The translations under genes were made by a program, and so were the position numbers. Source: Candidatus Falkowbacteria bacterium (lineage in GTDB: Bacteria; Patescibacteriota; Patescibacteriia; UBA11705; JABHMO01). Taken from it: DNA of 64,000 nt. The stretch lies in the NCBI GenBank assembly GCA_018670895.1, contig JABHIS010000005.1:3757-67756 (forward strand), in the 5' to 3' direction. The notes beneath the pieces were generated by a model, which was not told the DNA's origin, ran no database searches, and saw only the letters and a program-made list of their open reading frames with translations. This document shows, in pieces, positions 41,492 to 51,034 of the stretch; the stretch's first letter is position 1; each line of letters starts with the position of its first letter.

Positions 41492-42649
41492 TTATTTTAA
41501 TAATGATTTAACACCTGGTAAATTTTTTCCAGCTAAAAACTCTAACATGGCCCCACCGCCAGTAGAAATGAAGTCATAATACCGACCCATTCCTGACATT
41601 TCAATTGCCAAGGTTGTTTCGCCACCTCCAGCAATACCAATATTTTTTCCCGATGACCGTGCACCAATTAATTTAGCTAATGCTATAGTGCCATGACTAA
41701 ATTTTTTATTTTCCAGCAAGCCCATTGGACCGCCCCACACAATAGTTCTGGCTTCACGAATATGTTTTGAAAATAATTTAATTGTTTCAGGTCCAATATC
41801 TAAAATCATTTCATTTCTATTGCATAAATTCTTATCTTTTCCGATTTTCTTGACAACAATTTTTCGCATTGATTTATCAGAAATAATAACATCTTTTGGT
41901 AATAATATTTTTCTTGAATTCAACATTTTTTTTGCTTTTGATATTTTTGACACTTCAACCAAAGAATCTCCAATTTTGAAACCTTTCGCTAACAAAAATG
42001 TATTTGCCACACCTCCGGCCACCATAACTTTCGAATAAGTTTTTAGAAAGTTTTCTACTACATCAAACTTTGTTTTTACTTTTGCTCCGCCAATCAAAGC
42101 AACTGCCGGCTTTTTCGGATTCAATGCCTTACTTAAATACTTTACTTCATTCTCAAAATTCAATCCCGCGTAACTTGGTAAAAACTTAGTGATTCCAACA
42201 GTAGAAGCAGTTTTGCGATGACTAACAGCAAACGCCTCGTTTACAAAAACATCACCAAGTTTTGCCAATTCCTTCGCAAGCACTAAGTTATTTTCATCTT
42301 CTCTTTTATCGTAGCGAACATTTTCAAGTAACAACACTGTGGCAGTCCCAGACTTGAATTTGACATCAACACCTTTTAACTGCTTTTTCAAAACCTTGTA
42401 AACTGGCTCCAAACTTAGACTTTTCACACGTCGACCTTCAGGTCTTCCAAAATGAGAGATCAAAACTATTTTACATTTTTGCTTTATTAAATATTTAATA
42501 GTAGGTAAAGCTCTCTCAATCTTAAAATCATCCTGGACCTTGCCTTTAATTATTGGGACATTAAAATCTACACGAAGGACAATTCGTTTATTTTTCAAAT
42601 CCTCCTCCGGCATTCGCCGAACTTTGTTTTTAATTGATTTTAATTTCAT
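41492..42649 (-). CDS. pgk: Phosphoglycerate kinase
   Basis: 385 aa. RVDFNVP N-terminal motif and the C-terminal nucleotide-binding GGGA... Confidence 0.9.
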   Translation of the reverse strand: MKLKSIKNKVRRMPEEDLKNKRIVLRVDFNVPIIKGKVQDDFKIERALPTIKYLIKQKCKIVLISHFGRPEGRRVKSLSLEPVYKVLKKQLKGVDVKFKSGTATVLLLENVRYDKREDENNLVLAKELAKLGDVFVNEAFAVSHRKTASTVGITKFLPSYAGLNFENEVKYLSKALNPKKPAVALIGGAKVKTKFDVVENFLKTYSKVMVAGGVANTFLLAKGFKIGDSLVEVSKISKAKKMLNSRKILLPKDVIISDKSMRKIVVKKIGKDKNLCNRNEMILDIGPETIKLFSKHIREARTIVWGGPMGLLENKKFSHGTIALAKLIGARSSGKNIGIAGGGETTLAIEMSGMGRYYDFISTGGGAMLEFLAGKNLPGVKSLLK

Positions 42650-42658
42650 TTTTTTATT

Positions 42659-42913
42659 TTAATCCCCTGCAATCGAAATCAATTCCCAGGAGCTACCGTC
42701 AACTTTGTTAATTTTAACTTTTGCGCCCTCGGCAACTGTATTTCTACTCAACATCTGTAAATTGAACTCTAAATTTTCAGAACTAATATCTGCACCATGT
42801 TCGATCACTGAACCCAAATCAATCAAAATCTTCTTAACCTGCTTGAGGTTATTTTTTTTCGCTTGTTCCAGCACAAGCTTGTGGATTTTGTCCGCTACAT
42901 GAAGATCATGCAT
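42659..42913 (-). CDS. HypA-like nickel-metallochaperone domain protein lacking the C-terminal zinc finger
   Basis: MHDLHVADKIHKLVLEQAKKNNLKQVKKILIDLGSV...SRNTVAEGAKVKI aligns with the HypA N-domain (MHEITL...QAAKHGAKRVTGVWLKIGAF...RGSVAEGCKLHL). It ends without the Cys4 ribbon. Confidence 0.55.
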   Translation of the reverse strand: MHDLHVADKIHKLVLEQAKKNNLKQVKKILIDLGSVIEHGADISSENLEFNLQMLSRNTVAEGAKVKINKVDGSSWELISIAGD

Positions 42914-43046
42914 AATTTTTTGATATATTAATTATAGCATAATATTTATTGTAATTAAAATTACTTTATTGACAAAAGAGGTCTTTATTGTTATATTAAT
43001 AAAAATGAACGTTAACAAGCAGAAATGCTTTATATAGGAGGAGGTT

Positions 43047-43817
43047 ATGGTCTGGACAAGTGCAGATGAAAGCCGAGCACGCAGAGAGGGGTTCAGTGTT
43101 GAGCAAGAAAGAAATCGCCAACGGTATATAGATCACATTAAGGCGAATAATGCTCTACAAGAGAAAGAAAAAGAAAGAAAAAAAAGAGAAAAAGAAAAAG
43201 ATGATGATAAGATGAAAGTCCAGTTAGTATTGATGTTCTTTGTTGCTCCAGTTGTGATTATTTTTATGATTGTCCTTTTAATCATTCAAATATCTGGCAA
43301 CGGTCACATCCTCACCGGTGATTCCAAAATTGCTTCTGAGTATAAGCAAAAGAGAAAGGAAGTAGTAGAACTGCAAGAAAAATTGTCCGAAAAAATAACT
43401 AAACTGGGAGTTGCTGAAACAGAATTCAAAGCAACAATCGCTAGCAATGTTGGGACAATTCAGAGTAACATTAGACGTGGGCAAATCAGGAGCTTCAATG
43501 ATGCAGTAAGGAATCAAGAAAGCAACACCAAACTCAAGATAATTGCCAAAGCACAAGCTTATCTCGAAATCGTGACTGCTGAGAAAAGAGCAGTTGCCAG
43601 AGCGGGTGTTGAGCTTCAAGGAATACGGGCTAATCTTGACCTTGATCTAACAATGCTAAAAGCGACAGATCAAGAAGAAATGGACGATTTGATTAAAAAG
43701 CTTGATAATGTCATCACAAAAATCAAGCCTGTAGCAGAGGAATACGTAATCAATGATTACAACAGAGGTTCCTCAGATCTCAAAAGCACTTGGAATAAAT
43801 ATTTTATTCAGAAGTAG
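43047..43817 (+). CDS. Surface-protein family member A (type II membrane anchor + conserved C-terminal module)
   Basis: SD AGGAGG. N-terminal charged cytoplasmic segment, TM (VQLVLMFFVAPVVIIFMIVLLII), then an ectodomain ending in the family module ...LDLDLTMLKATDQEEMDDLIKKLDNVITKIKPVAEEYVINDYN. Confidence 0.55.
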   Translation: MVWTSADESRARREGFSVEQERNRQRYIDHIKANNALQEKEKERKKREKEKDDDKMKVQLVLMFFVAPVVIIFMIVLLIIQISGNGHILTGDSKIASEYKQKRKEVVELQEKLSEKITKLGVAETEFKATIASNVGTIQSNIRRGQIRSFNDAVRNQESNTKLKIIAKAQAYLEIVTAEKRAVARAGVELQGIRANLDLDLTMLKATDQEEMDDLIKKLDNVITKIKPVAEEYVINDYNRGSSDLKSTWNKYFIQK

Positions 43818-43823
43818 ACGTGG

Positions 43824-43852
43824 ACTCGACAATCTTATTGTCGAGTTTTTAA
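43824..43852 (+). terminator. Intrinsic terminator after family member A
   Basis: ctcgacaa-tctta-ttgtcgag followed by ttttt. Confidence 0.6.
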
Positions 43853-43864
43853 ATTCAGAAAACA

Positions 43865-43893
43865 TTGACAAATAACTAGAAATAAGGGAAAAT
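43865..43893 (+). promoter_or_regulatory. Promoter/5'UTR unit 1 of the surface-protein array
   Basis: TTGACA at 43865-43870. About 85% identical over about 65 bp to the unit at 44524, including aataagggaaaataacctaattg.actttaacaacaa. Confidence 0.5.
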
Positions 43894-43931
43894 AACCTAA
43901 TTGAACTTTAACAACAAAACAAGGGGGAAAC

Positions 43932-44480
43932 ATGCGACATCATACAATATGTTTTTTTACATTAATATTTCTTCTTTGTTTACCCACCTGCAACAAAAGA
44001 GATGCAAAAAAGGAAACTAAGGAAAAATATGAAACTGTAATTTCCTTAATGGAAAAACTACATGAGAAGCATGTCAACATTGACAACACAATAAAAAAGT
44101 TCAAAGACAAAAAAACTGAATTCAAAAAAGCCATCAAAGGGATTAAATCCAAACGTGGAATTTCGTCTTATGCTGAGGCAGAAAACAACAAGCCTTTAAT
44201 GATCCATCTAACAGCCTACCAAAAAGTTGAAGCATATTTAAAAATACTTAAGGAAGAAGATAAAAAAACTGAACAAGCCGCCATTGAATTATATGGTATT
44301 CAGATGCAACTTGAGCTTGACATTGAAATGCTTGAAAGCATAGAAAATGCCGACCTGGAAGAAACACTTAAGCAATTGAATTTAGTGATTGACAAAATCC
44401 AGCCTACAGCAGATAACCTGGTATTAAATGATGAAAACACACCCAAAACGCCACTAGAAAAACTTTTCAATGAACTTTGA
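43932..44480 (+). CDS. Surface-protein family member B (putative lipoprotein, conserved C-terminal module)
   Basis: Signal peptide with Cys (FLLCLPTC|NKRD). C-terminal ...IQMQLELDIEMLESIENADLEETLKQLNLVIDKIQPTADNLVLNDENTPKTPLEKLFNEL. Confidence 0.55.
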   Translation: MRHHTICFFTLIFLLCLPTCNKRDAKKETKEKYETVISLMEKLHEKHVNIDNTIKKFKDKKTEFKKAIKGIKSKRGISSYAEAENNKPLMIHLTAYQKVEAYLKILKEEDKKTEQAAIELYGIQMQLELDIEMLESIENADLEETLKQLNLVIDKIQPTADNLVLNDENTPKTPLEKLFNEL

Positions 44481-44494
44481 AAACAACTCATCAA

Positions 44495-44522
44495 AACCAG
44501 CACCACACCGTGCTGGTTTTTT
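44495..44522 (+). terminator. Intrinsic terminator (duplicated unit)
   Basis: accagcac-cacacc-gtgctggt followed by tttttt. An identical hairpin recurs at 46426-46447. Confidence 0.65.
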
Positions 44523-44523
44523 C

Positions 44524-44552
44524 ATTGACAAATCATAAAAAATAAGGGAAAA
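44524..44552 (+). promoter_or_regulatory. Promoter/5'UTR unit 2
   Basis: TTGACA at 44524-44529. Conserved downstream block and SD GGAGG. Confidence 0.5.
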
Positions 44553-44595
44553 TAACCTAATTGGACTTTGACAACAACCCATTGAGGAGGCCTTA

Positions 44596-46416
44596 ATGAA
44601 ACATTACTTGAATACAATAGTTCTCCTACTTGTTATTATTTTCTTCTCGGTGACCTGCAGTAAAAATGAACAGCCAAATGAAGTCATAGATTCAAAACCC
44701 AACAGCTCCGCTAAACTACTTGCTAAATTCAAGCACACACAAGCAGTTTATGGAATTGACTGGCATCCTGATGGAAAACTAATTGCATCTAGACACTACC
44801 GAGACACAGCTTTCATCTGGAACACTGAAAACAAAACTCGACAATTTGTTCATGATGGCAAGCAACTCACCGACATAAAATTCAGTACTGATGGTAGTTA
44901 CTTAGCCTTTATTGATCACGAAATTTCTAAATATAGCTGTCAGCGCGAATGTCGTTACTCTGACTATGAACGTTGCAATGACTGCAAGAAAAAACACGAG
45001 AACGATTACGATGTGAGATTCTTGTCAAAAGTCTACGACCTTAGACTAAAACATTACTTAAAAGAAATAGCAAGTGGCTCCGCTCAAACAATCTCAGCTG
45101 ACCTCAAGGTATATGTCACCCACGCTCTCGATTCAAAAATAATCTACTTTGATGGGACATACTTCTTTTCCTCCAGCAGTCGTGCAGGGATGGAGACTTT
45201 CATAGAGTCTAGTTCGAAAAATCACTTTTTTCATGAAGTAAAAAGTTATTCTGTGCGAAAAACAGAAGAAACAAAAGAAGGAAATACACACCTCGGCGCA
45301 ATGACAATTTTCTTGTCCACAAAAGGAAATCTGTTAAAGATTTTCAATCAAGCCGACGACGGGAAGGGGCCTCATTGTTCCATAAAACAATGCAGTCATG
45401 ATTACAAAATTATGGCTGCAGAGTGGCAACCCGGAACTAAGAAAATAACAGTTTTAAGTTCTGACAACATTCTAAGTCTTTGGGATAGTTGTTTCTCAGG
45501 TAAACAGCTTTACACCTACAATCACTCTGGCAGTGAAGCAGTGACCCTAAAATGGAATGTATCAGGTGATGTTCTGGCAGTTCAATTCATGAACAATATT
45601 TTACTGTTCAATGAAAAATTGGAACTCCAAAAAACACTGGATATTATGAGTAATGATATTGCCTGGAACAAAGATGGCAATATTTTAGCAGTCATTACCA
45701 AAAATAAAATTTATTTTTGGGACAACCTGAATTCGAATCTAACTTTTCATGAAAGTTCAGAAAAAATTAATGATTTTGCCTGGAATCCGGAATTCAATCA
45801 ATTCGCCCTGGCGACTGAAGTGAATGACGACGAAGGCTTTGTAGAAATTTGGGAGATTGACTCTTCTTATAGAATCATCGTCGCCAACAAAAAGAGAACT
45901 TCCAATAATACAGAACATCAGCTGACAATCAAAGAAGAAACAGTAAAAAAATTAACCACTGTTCGCTCTCTCATAAAACAATTACAAAAAAAGGAAGAAT
46001 CACTATCAGATGATCTTCGATCCTTCCAAACTGACGTAGACAGATACAAATCAACAATCACTGACTTGAAACTACACAACAATATTGCAAGCTATAAAGA
46101 AGCGGTCAAGAATGACCGGATAAACAATTATCTTGTAGCGATGCAAAAAGCTTTGGCCTACATGGACTTTATTAAACATGAGCTTTTAACTACTAGCAAA
46201 AGTTTAGTGGAGTCTGAAGGCACTCAATTACAACTGGAGCTTGATGCAAAAATTCTGGACAGCTTAGACGAGAACAAATTGGACCAGATGATTGCTCAAT
46301 TGGACTTGGTTATCACAAAAATTCAACCAAACGCCCAGGAACTCGTGATTAAAGAAAATGACACACAAAAAATACCATTAGAAAAACTATACAATGAGTA
46401 TTTTGAAGATGAGTAG
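44596..46416 (+). CDS. Surface-protein family member C (lipoprotein-like signal, WD40/beta-propeller repeats, conserved C-terminal module)
   Basis: Signal (FFSVTC|SKNE). WD-like repeats (IDWHPDGKLIAS...IWN, AEWQPGTKKITV...LWD, LKWNVSGDVLAV, DIAWNKDGNILAV...FWD, FAWNPEFNQFALA...IWE). C-terminal ...LQLELDAKILDSLDENKLDQMIAQLDLVITKIQPNAQELVIKENDTQKIPLEKLYNEY. Confidence 0.6.
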   Translation: MKHYLNTIVLLLVIIFFSVTCSKNEQPNEVIDSKPNSSAKLLAKFKHTQAVYGIDWHPDGKLIASRHYRDTAFIWNTENKTRQFVHDGKQLTDIKFSTDGSYLAFIDHEISKYSCQRECRYSDYERCNDCKKKHENDYDVRFLSKVYDLRLKHYLKEIASGSAQTISADLKVYVTHALDSKIIYFDGTYFFSSSSRAGMETFIESSSKNHFFHEVKSYSVRKTEETKEGNTHLGAMTIFLSTKGNLLKIFNQADDGKGPHCSIKQCSHDYKIMAAEWQPGTKKITVLSSDNILSLWDSCFSGKQLYTYNHSGSEAVTLKWNVSGDVLAVQFMNNILLFNEKLELQKTLDIMSNDIAWNKDGNILAVITKNKIYFWDNLNSNLTFHESSEKINDFAWNPEFNQFALATEVNDDEGFVEIWEIDSSYRIIVANKKRTSNNTEHQLTIKEETVKKLTTVRSLIKQLQKKEESLSDDLRSFQTDVDRYKSTITDLKLHNNIASYKEAVKNDRINNYLVAMQKALAYMDFIKHELLTTSKSLVESEGTQLQLELDAKILDSLDENKLDQMIAQLDLVITKIQPNAQELVIKENDTQKIPLEKLYNEYFEDE

Positions 46417-46425
46417 ATAACACAA

Positions 46426-46452
46426 ACCAGCACCACACCGTGCTGGTTTTAT
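46426..46452 (+). terminator. Intrinsic terminator (duplicated unit)
   Basis: Same accagcaccacaccgtgctggt hairpin as at 44495, followed by tttatt. Confidence 0.65.
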
Positions 46453-46454
46453 TA

Positions 46455-46483
46455 TTGACAATAACGTAAAATATTAGTAAGAT
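46455..46483 (+). promoter_or_regulatory. Promoter/5'UTR unit 3
   Basis: TTGACA at 46455-46460, a 17-bp spacer, then TAAGAT. Conserved acttttacaacaaaa block and SD. Confidence 0.5.
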
Positions 46484-46527
46484 ACAATGATTATGAACTT
46501 TTACAACAAAATGACAAGGAGGCCCAA

Positions 46528-48747
46528 ATGTCCAGATGGCTAAAGACAATTATTACTGTTATTATTATCATTTTTGCTTGTTCTTGTAACAAAGACAAAA
46601 AGGCCAAGAAAAATAAGTCAACTCGTCCTGAAGTCGCTGAAAAAAACTCCCCTAACTCCAATACTGAACCAGCTCCCCTCTCACAAGAAAAAGAAGCTCC
46701 ACCAAAGTCAAAAAAAGAAATTTCCGAAGAAAAGCTTGAACATGTAAAGCATCTTCGCAGAAAACTCGAAAGAAAAGAAAGAACCTTGGCTGGCGCACTT
46801 ATTACATACAAAGACAAAATTTCTATTTTTGTTCAAGAAATCAAACAAGAACGTAACCGTAGAAACTTGGTTGAATACAATCAGGCAATTTCAAGTAATT
46901 CAATCAAGCATAATCTCGAGGCAATTCAAAAAGCTGAGGCCTACTGGGGAATTACTAATAGGGAAAAAGTAAAAACAAAACTGGCAATTGTCGACGCAGA
47001 AGGAACTGAAAAACTACTTGATCTAGACATCACCATGTTTAGCACCATGCCTGAAGATGAAATCGACAAACTACTTGATGAACTTGACCTTGTAATTAAT
47101 AGAATCCAACCGACAGCCAGAGATCTTGTTATCACAGACAAGGAAACTGTGCTTACTCCTCTTGATGAGATTTACGAAAAACATATTCGTAAAGAGGAAC
47201 GTGAGCGAGAAAAAAAGGAAATTGAGCGTAAAAAAAAAGCTGAAGCTGACCGGTTAGAACGAGAGCGTCAGGTAAAACTAGCAAAAGAAAAAGCGTTAGC
47301 AGATACCCAGGCTCGTGCAGCCCTTAATGCTGAAGCTCGTCGCCAAGCGTTAATTGCTAGGAAACAAGCCGATGAAGAGGCTGCTAGTCAAGAGAGGACT
47401 GCCAGACTACAAGCAATCGCCGAGGCTACACGCCAAGCAAAAATTGCCAGACAGCAAATAACAGCCGAAGAAAACCGCATAGCTGATGAAGTAGTAAAAC
47501 AAATTGAGTATAAGAAACGCGAAGCTGAAAATCGTGCCCGAGAAAAAGCTGCTGAACTTGCTAGTAAGCAAAAAACAGCAGCAGCGATTGCTAACATCAA
47601 AATTATCAAACCCACTATCTGGACTTCTATTGCATATTACAGACCTGGGGGTGATGGTGCAGGTTACATCCGTTGGTCAAATGATAGCAAAGCAGTGGCT
47701 ATCACCACCTCATCAAAAATGACTATTAAGGGTGTTCCTCAAAGCACAACTTATGAGCTTGAATCTAATTACGATAACAGCGACTATATAACCGACATGA
47801 TCTGGTCTCAAAGCAAAACCAAAATTGCAATCTATTATTCACATTCTTGTGCACTGGAAAGAGGAAACGCCAAGATTGCAATTTACTCGTTAACAAATGA
47901 TAAAGAGCTCTGGAGGGTGGAAGTCGAATGCTCCCAAGCCGCTAGTTTCCTTGGTTGGTTTGGTGATTATATTGTCCTTAAAGCATCCGCTGGGTACAGT
48001 AGAAATTTTCACATTTACATTATCAATACGAAAACCAAGAAAACTCAATCATTCACAGCTGACGCGATAACCCCAGTAAACAACTCCTCTGTCTTTGCTG
48101 CAAGCTCAAAAAGAATAATCCAAGTCAGTCTTTCTGACAGAACAATTCTAAAAGAGTTTAAGTTTTGTCGAGATGATGACGAGTCTCTTTATTATTCTTT
48201 TTGCCCAGGAGAGATTGACATTCATAAACTCGCCTACACGAGCGGGCATCTAATTTCATCAGAGTCGCCACAAAACGGAGAAAGTAGCTTCTCCATTTGG
48301 GACACAACTTCTGGAAATAAACTCCACTGGTTTAAAGGTGACGAACCAAGAGATCTTTGGTGGCTAAAAGACGGCAAAACAGCAGTTATTGCTTTGTCGT
48401 CTGGCACAATTTTTACAGTAAATGCGAAAAGTGGATCAATTTACGAGAAAAAGCTCGTAGATGGTGCGATTGGCTTTTATGGCTATAATGTAAACACTTG
48501 GTCCACTAAAAAACCTCATCTTGTTATCAATAAAAATTCTCCTCAGCACGAAACAGCTCTTAATGAAAAAGCAGGTTCGTACAATACTCTCTTTGTCATG
48601 GATATTAGGGACCAACAAACAAAGGCCGTCTTGGTTATGGAGTCAGATATCTCAGATTCTGTCAGACTTTCATGGAGCCCAAACGGCAAGTACCTCGCAA
48701 TTGGAGACAAGGGACTCCTTCATGTTTTCAATGTAAGCAATATTTGA
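46528..48747 (+). CDS. Surface-protein family member D (lipoprotein-like, conserved module near N-terminus, long coiled coil, C-terminal beta-propeller)
   Basis: Signal IIIFAC|SCNKDKK. Module ...KLLDLDITMFSTMPEDEIDKLLDELDLVINRIQPTARDLVITDKETVLTPLDEIYEK. E/K/R/A-rich coiled coil of about 170 aa. C-terminal repeats SWSPNGKYLAIGD...VFNV, WWLKDGKTAVIAL...FTVN. Confidence 0.6.
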   Translation: MSRWLKTIITVIIIIFACSCNKDKKAKKNKSTRPEVAEKNSPNSNTEPAPLSQEKEAPPKSKKEISEEKLEHVKHLRRKLERKERTLAGALITYKDKISIFVQEIKQERNRRNLVEYNQAISSNSIKHNLEAIQKAEAYWGITNREKVKTKLAIVDAEGTEKLLDLDITMFSTMPEDEIDKLLDELDLVINRIQPTARDLVITDKETVLTPLDEIYEKHIRKEEREREKKEIERKKKAEADRLERERQVKLAKEKALADTQARAALNAEARRQALIARKQADEEAASQERTARLQAIAEATRQAKIARQQITAEENRIADEVVKQIEYKKREAENRAREKAAELASKQKTAAAIANIKIIKPTIWTSIAYYRPGGDGAGYIRWSNDSKAVAITTSSKMTIKGVPQSTTYELESNYDNSDYITDMIWSQSKTKIAIYYSHSCALERGNAKIAIYSLTNDKELWRVEVECSQAASFLGWFGDYIVLKASAGYSRNFHIYIINTKTKKTQSFTADAITPVNNSSVFAASSKRIIQVSLSDRTILKEFKFCRDDDESLYYSFCPGEIDIHKLAYTSGHLISSESPQNGESSFSIWDTTSGNKLHWFKGDEPRDLWWLKDGKTAVIALSSGTIFTVNAKSGSIYEKKLVDGAIGFYGYNVNTWSTKKPHLVINKNSPQHETALNEKAGSYNTLFVMDIRDQQTKAVLVMESDISDSVRLSWSPNGKYLAIGDKGLLHVFNVSNI

Positions 48748-48752
48748 CAATA

Positions 48753-48780
48753 AACCCACCTTCGACAAGGTGGGTTTTTA
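48753..48780 (+). terminator. Intrinsic terminator
   Basis: aacccacc-ttcgacaa-ggtgggtt followed by ttta. Confidence 0.6.
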
Positions 48781-48781
48781 C

Positions 48782-48810
48782 TTGACAAAACCATTAAAAT
48801 GTATAAAACT
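48782..48810 (+). promoter_or_regulatory. Promoter unit 4 (extended -10)
   Basis: TTGACA at 48782-48787 and a tgtataaaa extended -10-like element. Conserved ctttaaca block and SD GGAGG before 48845. Confidence 0.5.
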
Positions 48811-48844
48811 AGTATGAAAGGTTGATCTTTAACAGAAGGAGGTC

Positions 48845-49696
48845 GTGATGACGAAAAGATTAAAATTCTCCAGACTTATCCTAGGTATTATCTGTATCGC
48901 ACTTGCAATTCTGATTTTCATGGCCTTAATTCGTTTTGGCACTGTATTTGCTTTTCTCATGATCTATCCGTGGATTTCCGACGCCTTGCAATCCTCTGCT
49001 GGAATGAATCACTGGCTAGCAAGTATAATCGCCTTTGTTCCGGCAGTCGTCGGGGTAATCGGCATTGGGATGCTTTTCTCCTGGAATAGGAAAAGACGAA
49101 CTATCGGCATGGTCATGGCGGGTATCGCCTATCTCACCACGTGCGCCTTTATGTACTCCATTGAGGCAGATCGCTCATTTGACCCCATTACAGGAAAAGC
49201 AAATAAATGCTATGCTGCAGGCTTAAACGGTTATGAAGAAATTTCTTGTGAATGGAAATTCCATCCCGAGACTGGCAATCCCGTCATCACAGACCTTGGT
49301 GAAATTAAAAAAATCATCACCTCAATGAATGTTTCAGAAAGTGAACCAAGGATCTCCAATAAGGTCCGTCCAAACAAAAACCTACGTTTCTTCTCTGTTG
49401 ATGGAACACCTATGTATTGGTACTATGAATTTCCAGATGGCGTAATTGACATGTTTGACTCCCCTGGTAGACATCCACACTTCAACACAGTACTGCAGCC
49501 CATCACGCCAGAAATTGTAAAAATCGTTCTTTATCCTCAAGATAATTGGGATATTGAAAGAGTTAATTTGCCAGACTCAAAGCCCATCAGCCAGGGTGAC
49601 CCAAAAGCGCTTTCATCTGCCAACAGCGGAAACGATAGCGCTATGGAAGAACTTCGCGATCTCTATATCGAGAGAAAAAAGCAACTAAAACAGTAA
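48845..49696 (+). CDS. hypothetical membrane protein with extracytoplasmic C-terminal domain (GC-rich)
   Basis: 283 aa. 3-4 TM helices, then a soluble domain. Higher GC than background. Confidence 0.45.
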   Translation: MMTKRLKFSRLILGIICIALAILIFMALIRFGTVFAFLMIYPWISDALQSSAGMNHWLASIIAFVPAVVGVIGIGMLFSWNRKRRTIGMVMAGIAYLTTCAFMYSIEADRSFDPITGKANKCYAAGLNGYEEISCEWKFHPETGNPVITDLGEIKKIITSMNVSESEPRISNKVRPNKNLRFFSVDGTPMYWYYEFPDGVIDMFDSPGRHPHFNTVLQPITPEIVKIVLYPQDNWDIERVNLPDSKPISQGDPKALSSANSGNDSAMEELRDLYIERKKQLKQ

Positions 49697-49756
49697 ATCA
49701 CAAACACAAGGCCCACCGTAACACGGAGGGTCTTTTTTATACTTGGTAATTAAAAT

Positions 49757-51034
49757 TTAATGCGTCGCGCAACTGATACATGGATCGTATGCCCGAATCA
49801 AAGTTTTTATTAACGAATCTCTCTTCTTATCTGACAACTTTTTAATTTGCGGCAAATATTTCTCAAGATCTTTTTCCAAATTAGCCAAAAACATAGCGGT
49901 TGGTGTAATTACATTGCAATGAATAATTTCGCCCACCTTGTTAAATTCATATTCATGATACAAGATCCCACGAGGTGCCTCCATCACAGCATAACCCTTA
50001 CCAGCCTTAACTATGAAATCAACTTTTAGGTTTTTCATAAACTTCGGTTTTGCTCGCAGTTTCTCATATTGGACAAAAAGTTTATTTATCTCCTCAATTG
50101 AATTAATAATCTCAGTTGTCTGGGCTACTATATTATAGAATGAATTATAACACGGCAAGTTCACTTTTAGCTTATTCCAAGAAGCTTTTGCCTCTTTGTT
50201 CAGCTGAGCATAATTATTGTTCACTCGAGCAAGAGCGCCAACCATGAACGTTTCTTTCATATGATGTGAGCGTTTAACTTTTTCATATGGTAAAACAGTT
50301 TCTTGCACGTCACTTAGGAAATCCTCGACTTTATCATAACTATCATTATCTGAGAAATAAATGCTCCCATCATAAACTGCATATTCATTTTTATTTTTCA
50401 AAGAAACATAATTTGTTGGTCTTTGAAACTTTGGTAATTTATATTTCAAAACCACATCATGAATTTGCCTAGCTTGTAATAGAACTTGCTTTTGTTTTTG
50501 CATTAATTCTTTAAGTTCAACAAAGTCTGGCTCAACATTAAATCCACCAACTACACTATTAATCGGATGAACGGTTCGACCTCCAACAACTCGCGCTAAC
50601 TGCACTCCCCAATCACGAACTTGAAGAGCAATTTTTGACTCTTTGGTATACTTATTTATCAAAGCAAAATTATTACTAACACCTACGATATCAGGAAACG
50701 AGAAAAAGAAAGCATGTACTGCATGACTATGAATTATTTGCGCATTTTCTAGGATCTTACGAAGCAATATTATTTCCGGAGTTACCCTGACACTAAAAGC
50801 TGCCTCAACGGCCTTAATTGAAGTTAAATTATGCACAATCGGGCATACACCACAAATCCGCGAAGTTACAATCGGAGCTTCGTAATATTTTCTATTTAAT
50901 AATATTCCTTCGATCAAACGAGCTCCCTCTTCTGTGTCCACGCGAGCTTGAGCAAAATCATTACCAAGCAAAGCCCCAACGAAACTCAGGTGGCCTTCAG
51001 TTTTGGCGATGTGATTTATTTTAATAGTTTTCAT
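49757..51034 (-). CDS. [NiFe]-hydrogenase large (alpha) subunit, group-3-like, without C-terminal cleavable extension
   Basis: N-terminal RICGVCPIVH (RxCGxCxxxH). The C-terminus ends exactly at DPCISCATH (DPCxxCxxH). Confidence 0.85.
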   Translation of the reverse strand: MKTIKINHIAKTEGHLSFVGALLGNDFAQARVDTEEGARLIEGILLNRKYYEAPIVTSRICGVCPIVHNLTSIKAVEAAFSVRVTPEIILLRKILENAQIIHSHAVHAFFFSFPDIVGVSNNFALINKYTKESKIALQVRDWGVQLARVVGGRTVHPINSVVGGFNVEPDFVELKELMQKQKQVLLQARQIHDVVLKYKLPKFQRPTNYVSLKNKNEYAVYDGSIYFSDNDSYDKVEDFLSDVQETVLPYEKVKRSHHMKETFMVGALARVNNNYAQLNKEAKASWNKLKVNLPCYNSFYNIVAQTTEIINSIEEINKLFVQYEKLRAKPKFMKNLKVDFIVKAGKGYAVMEAPRGILYHEYEFNKVGEIIHCNVITPTAMFLANLEKDLEKYLPQIKKLSDKKRDSLIKTLIRAYDPCISCATH

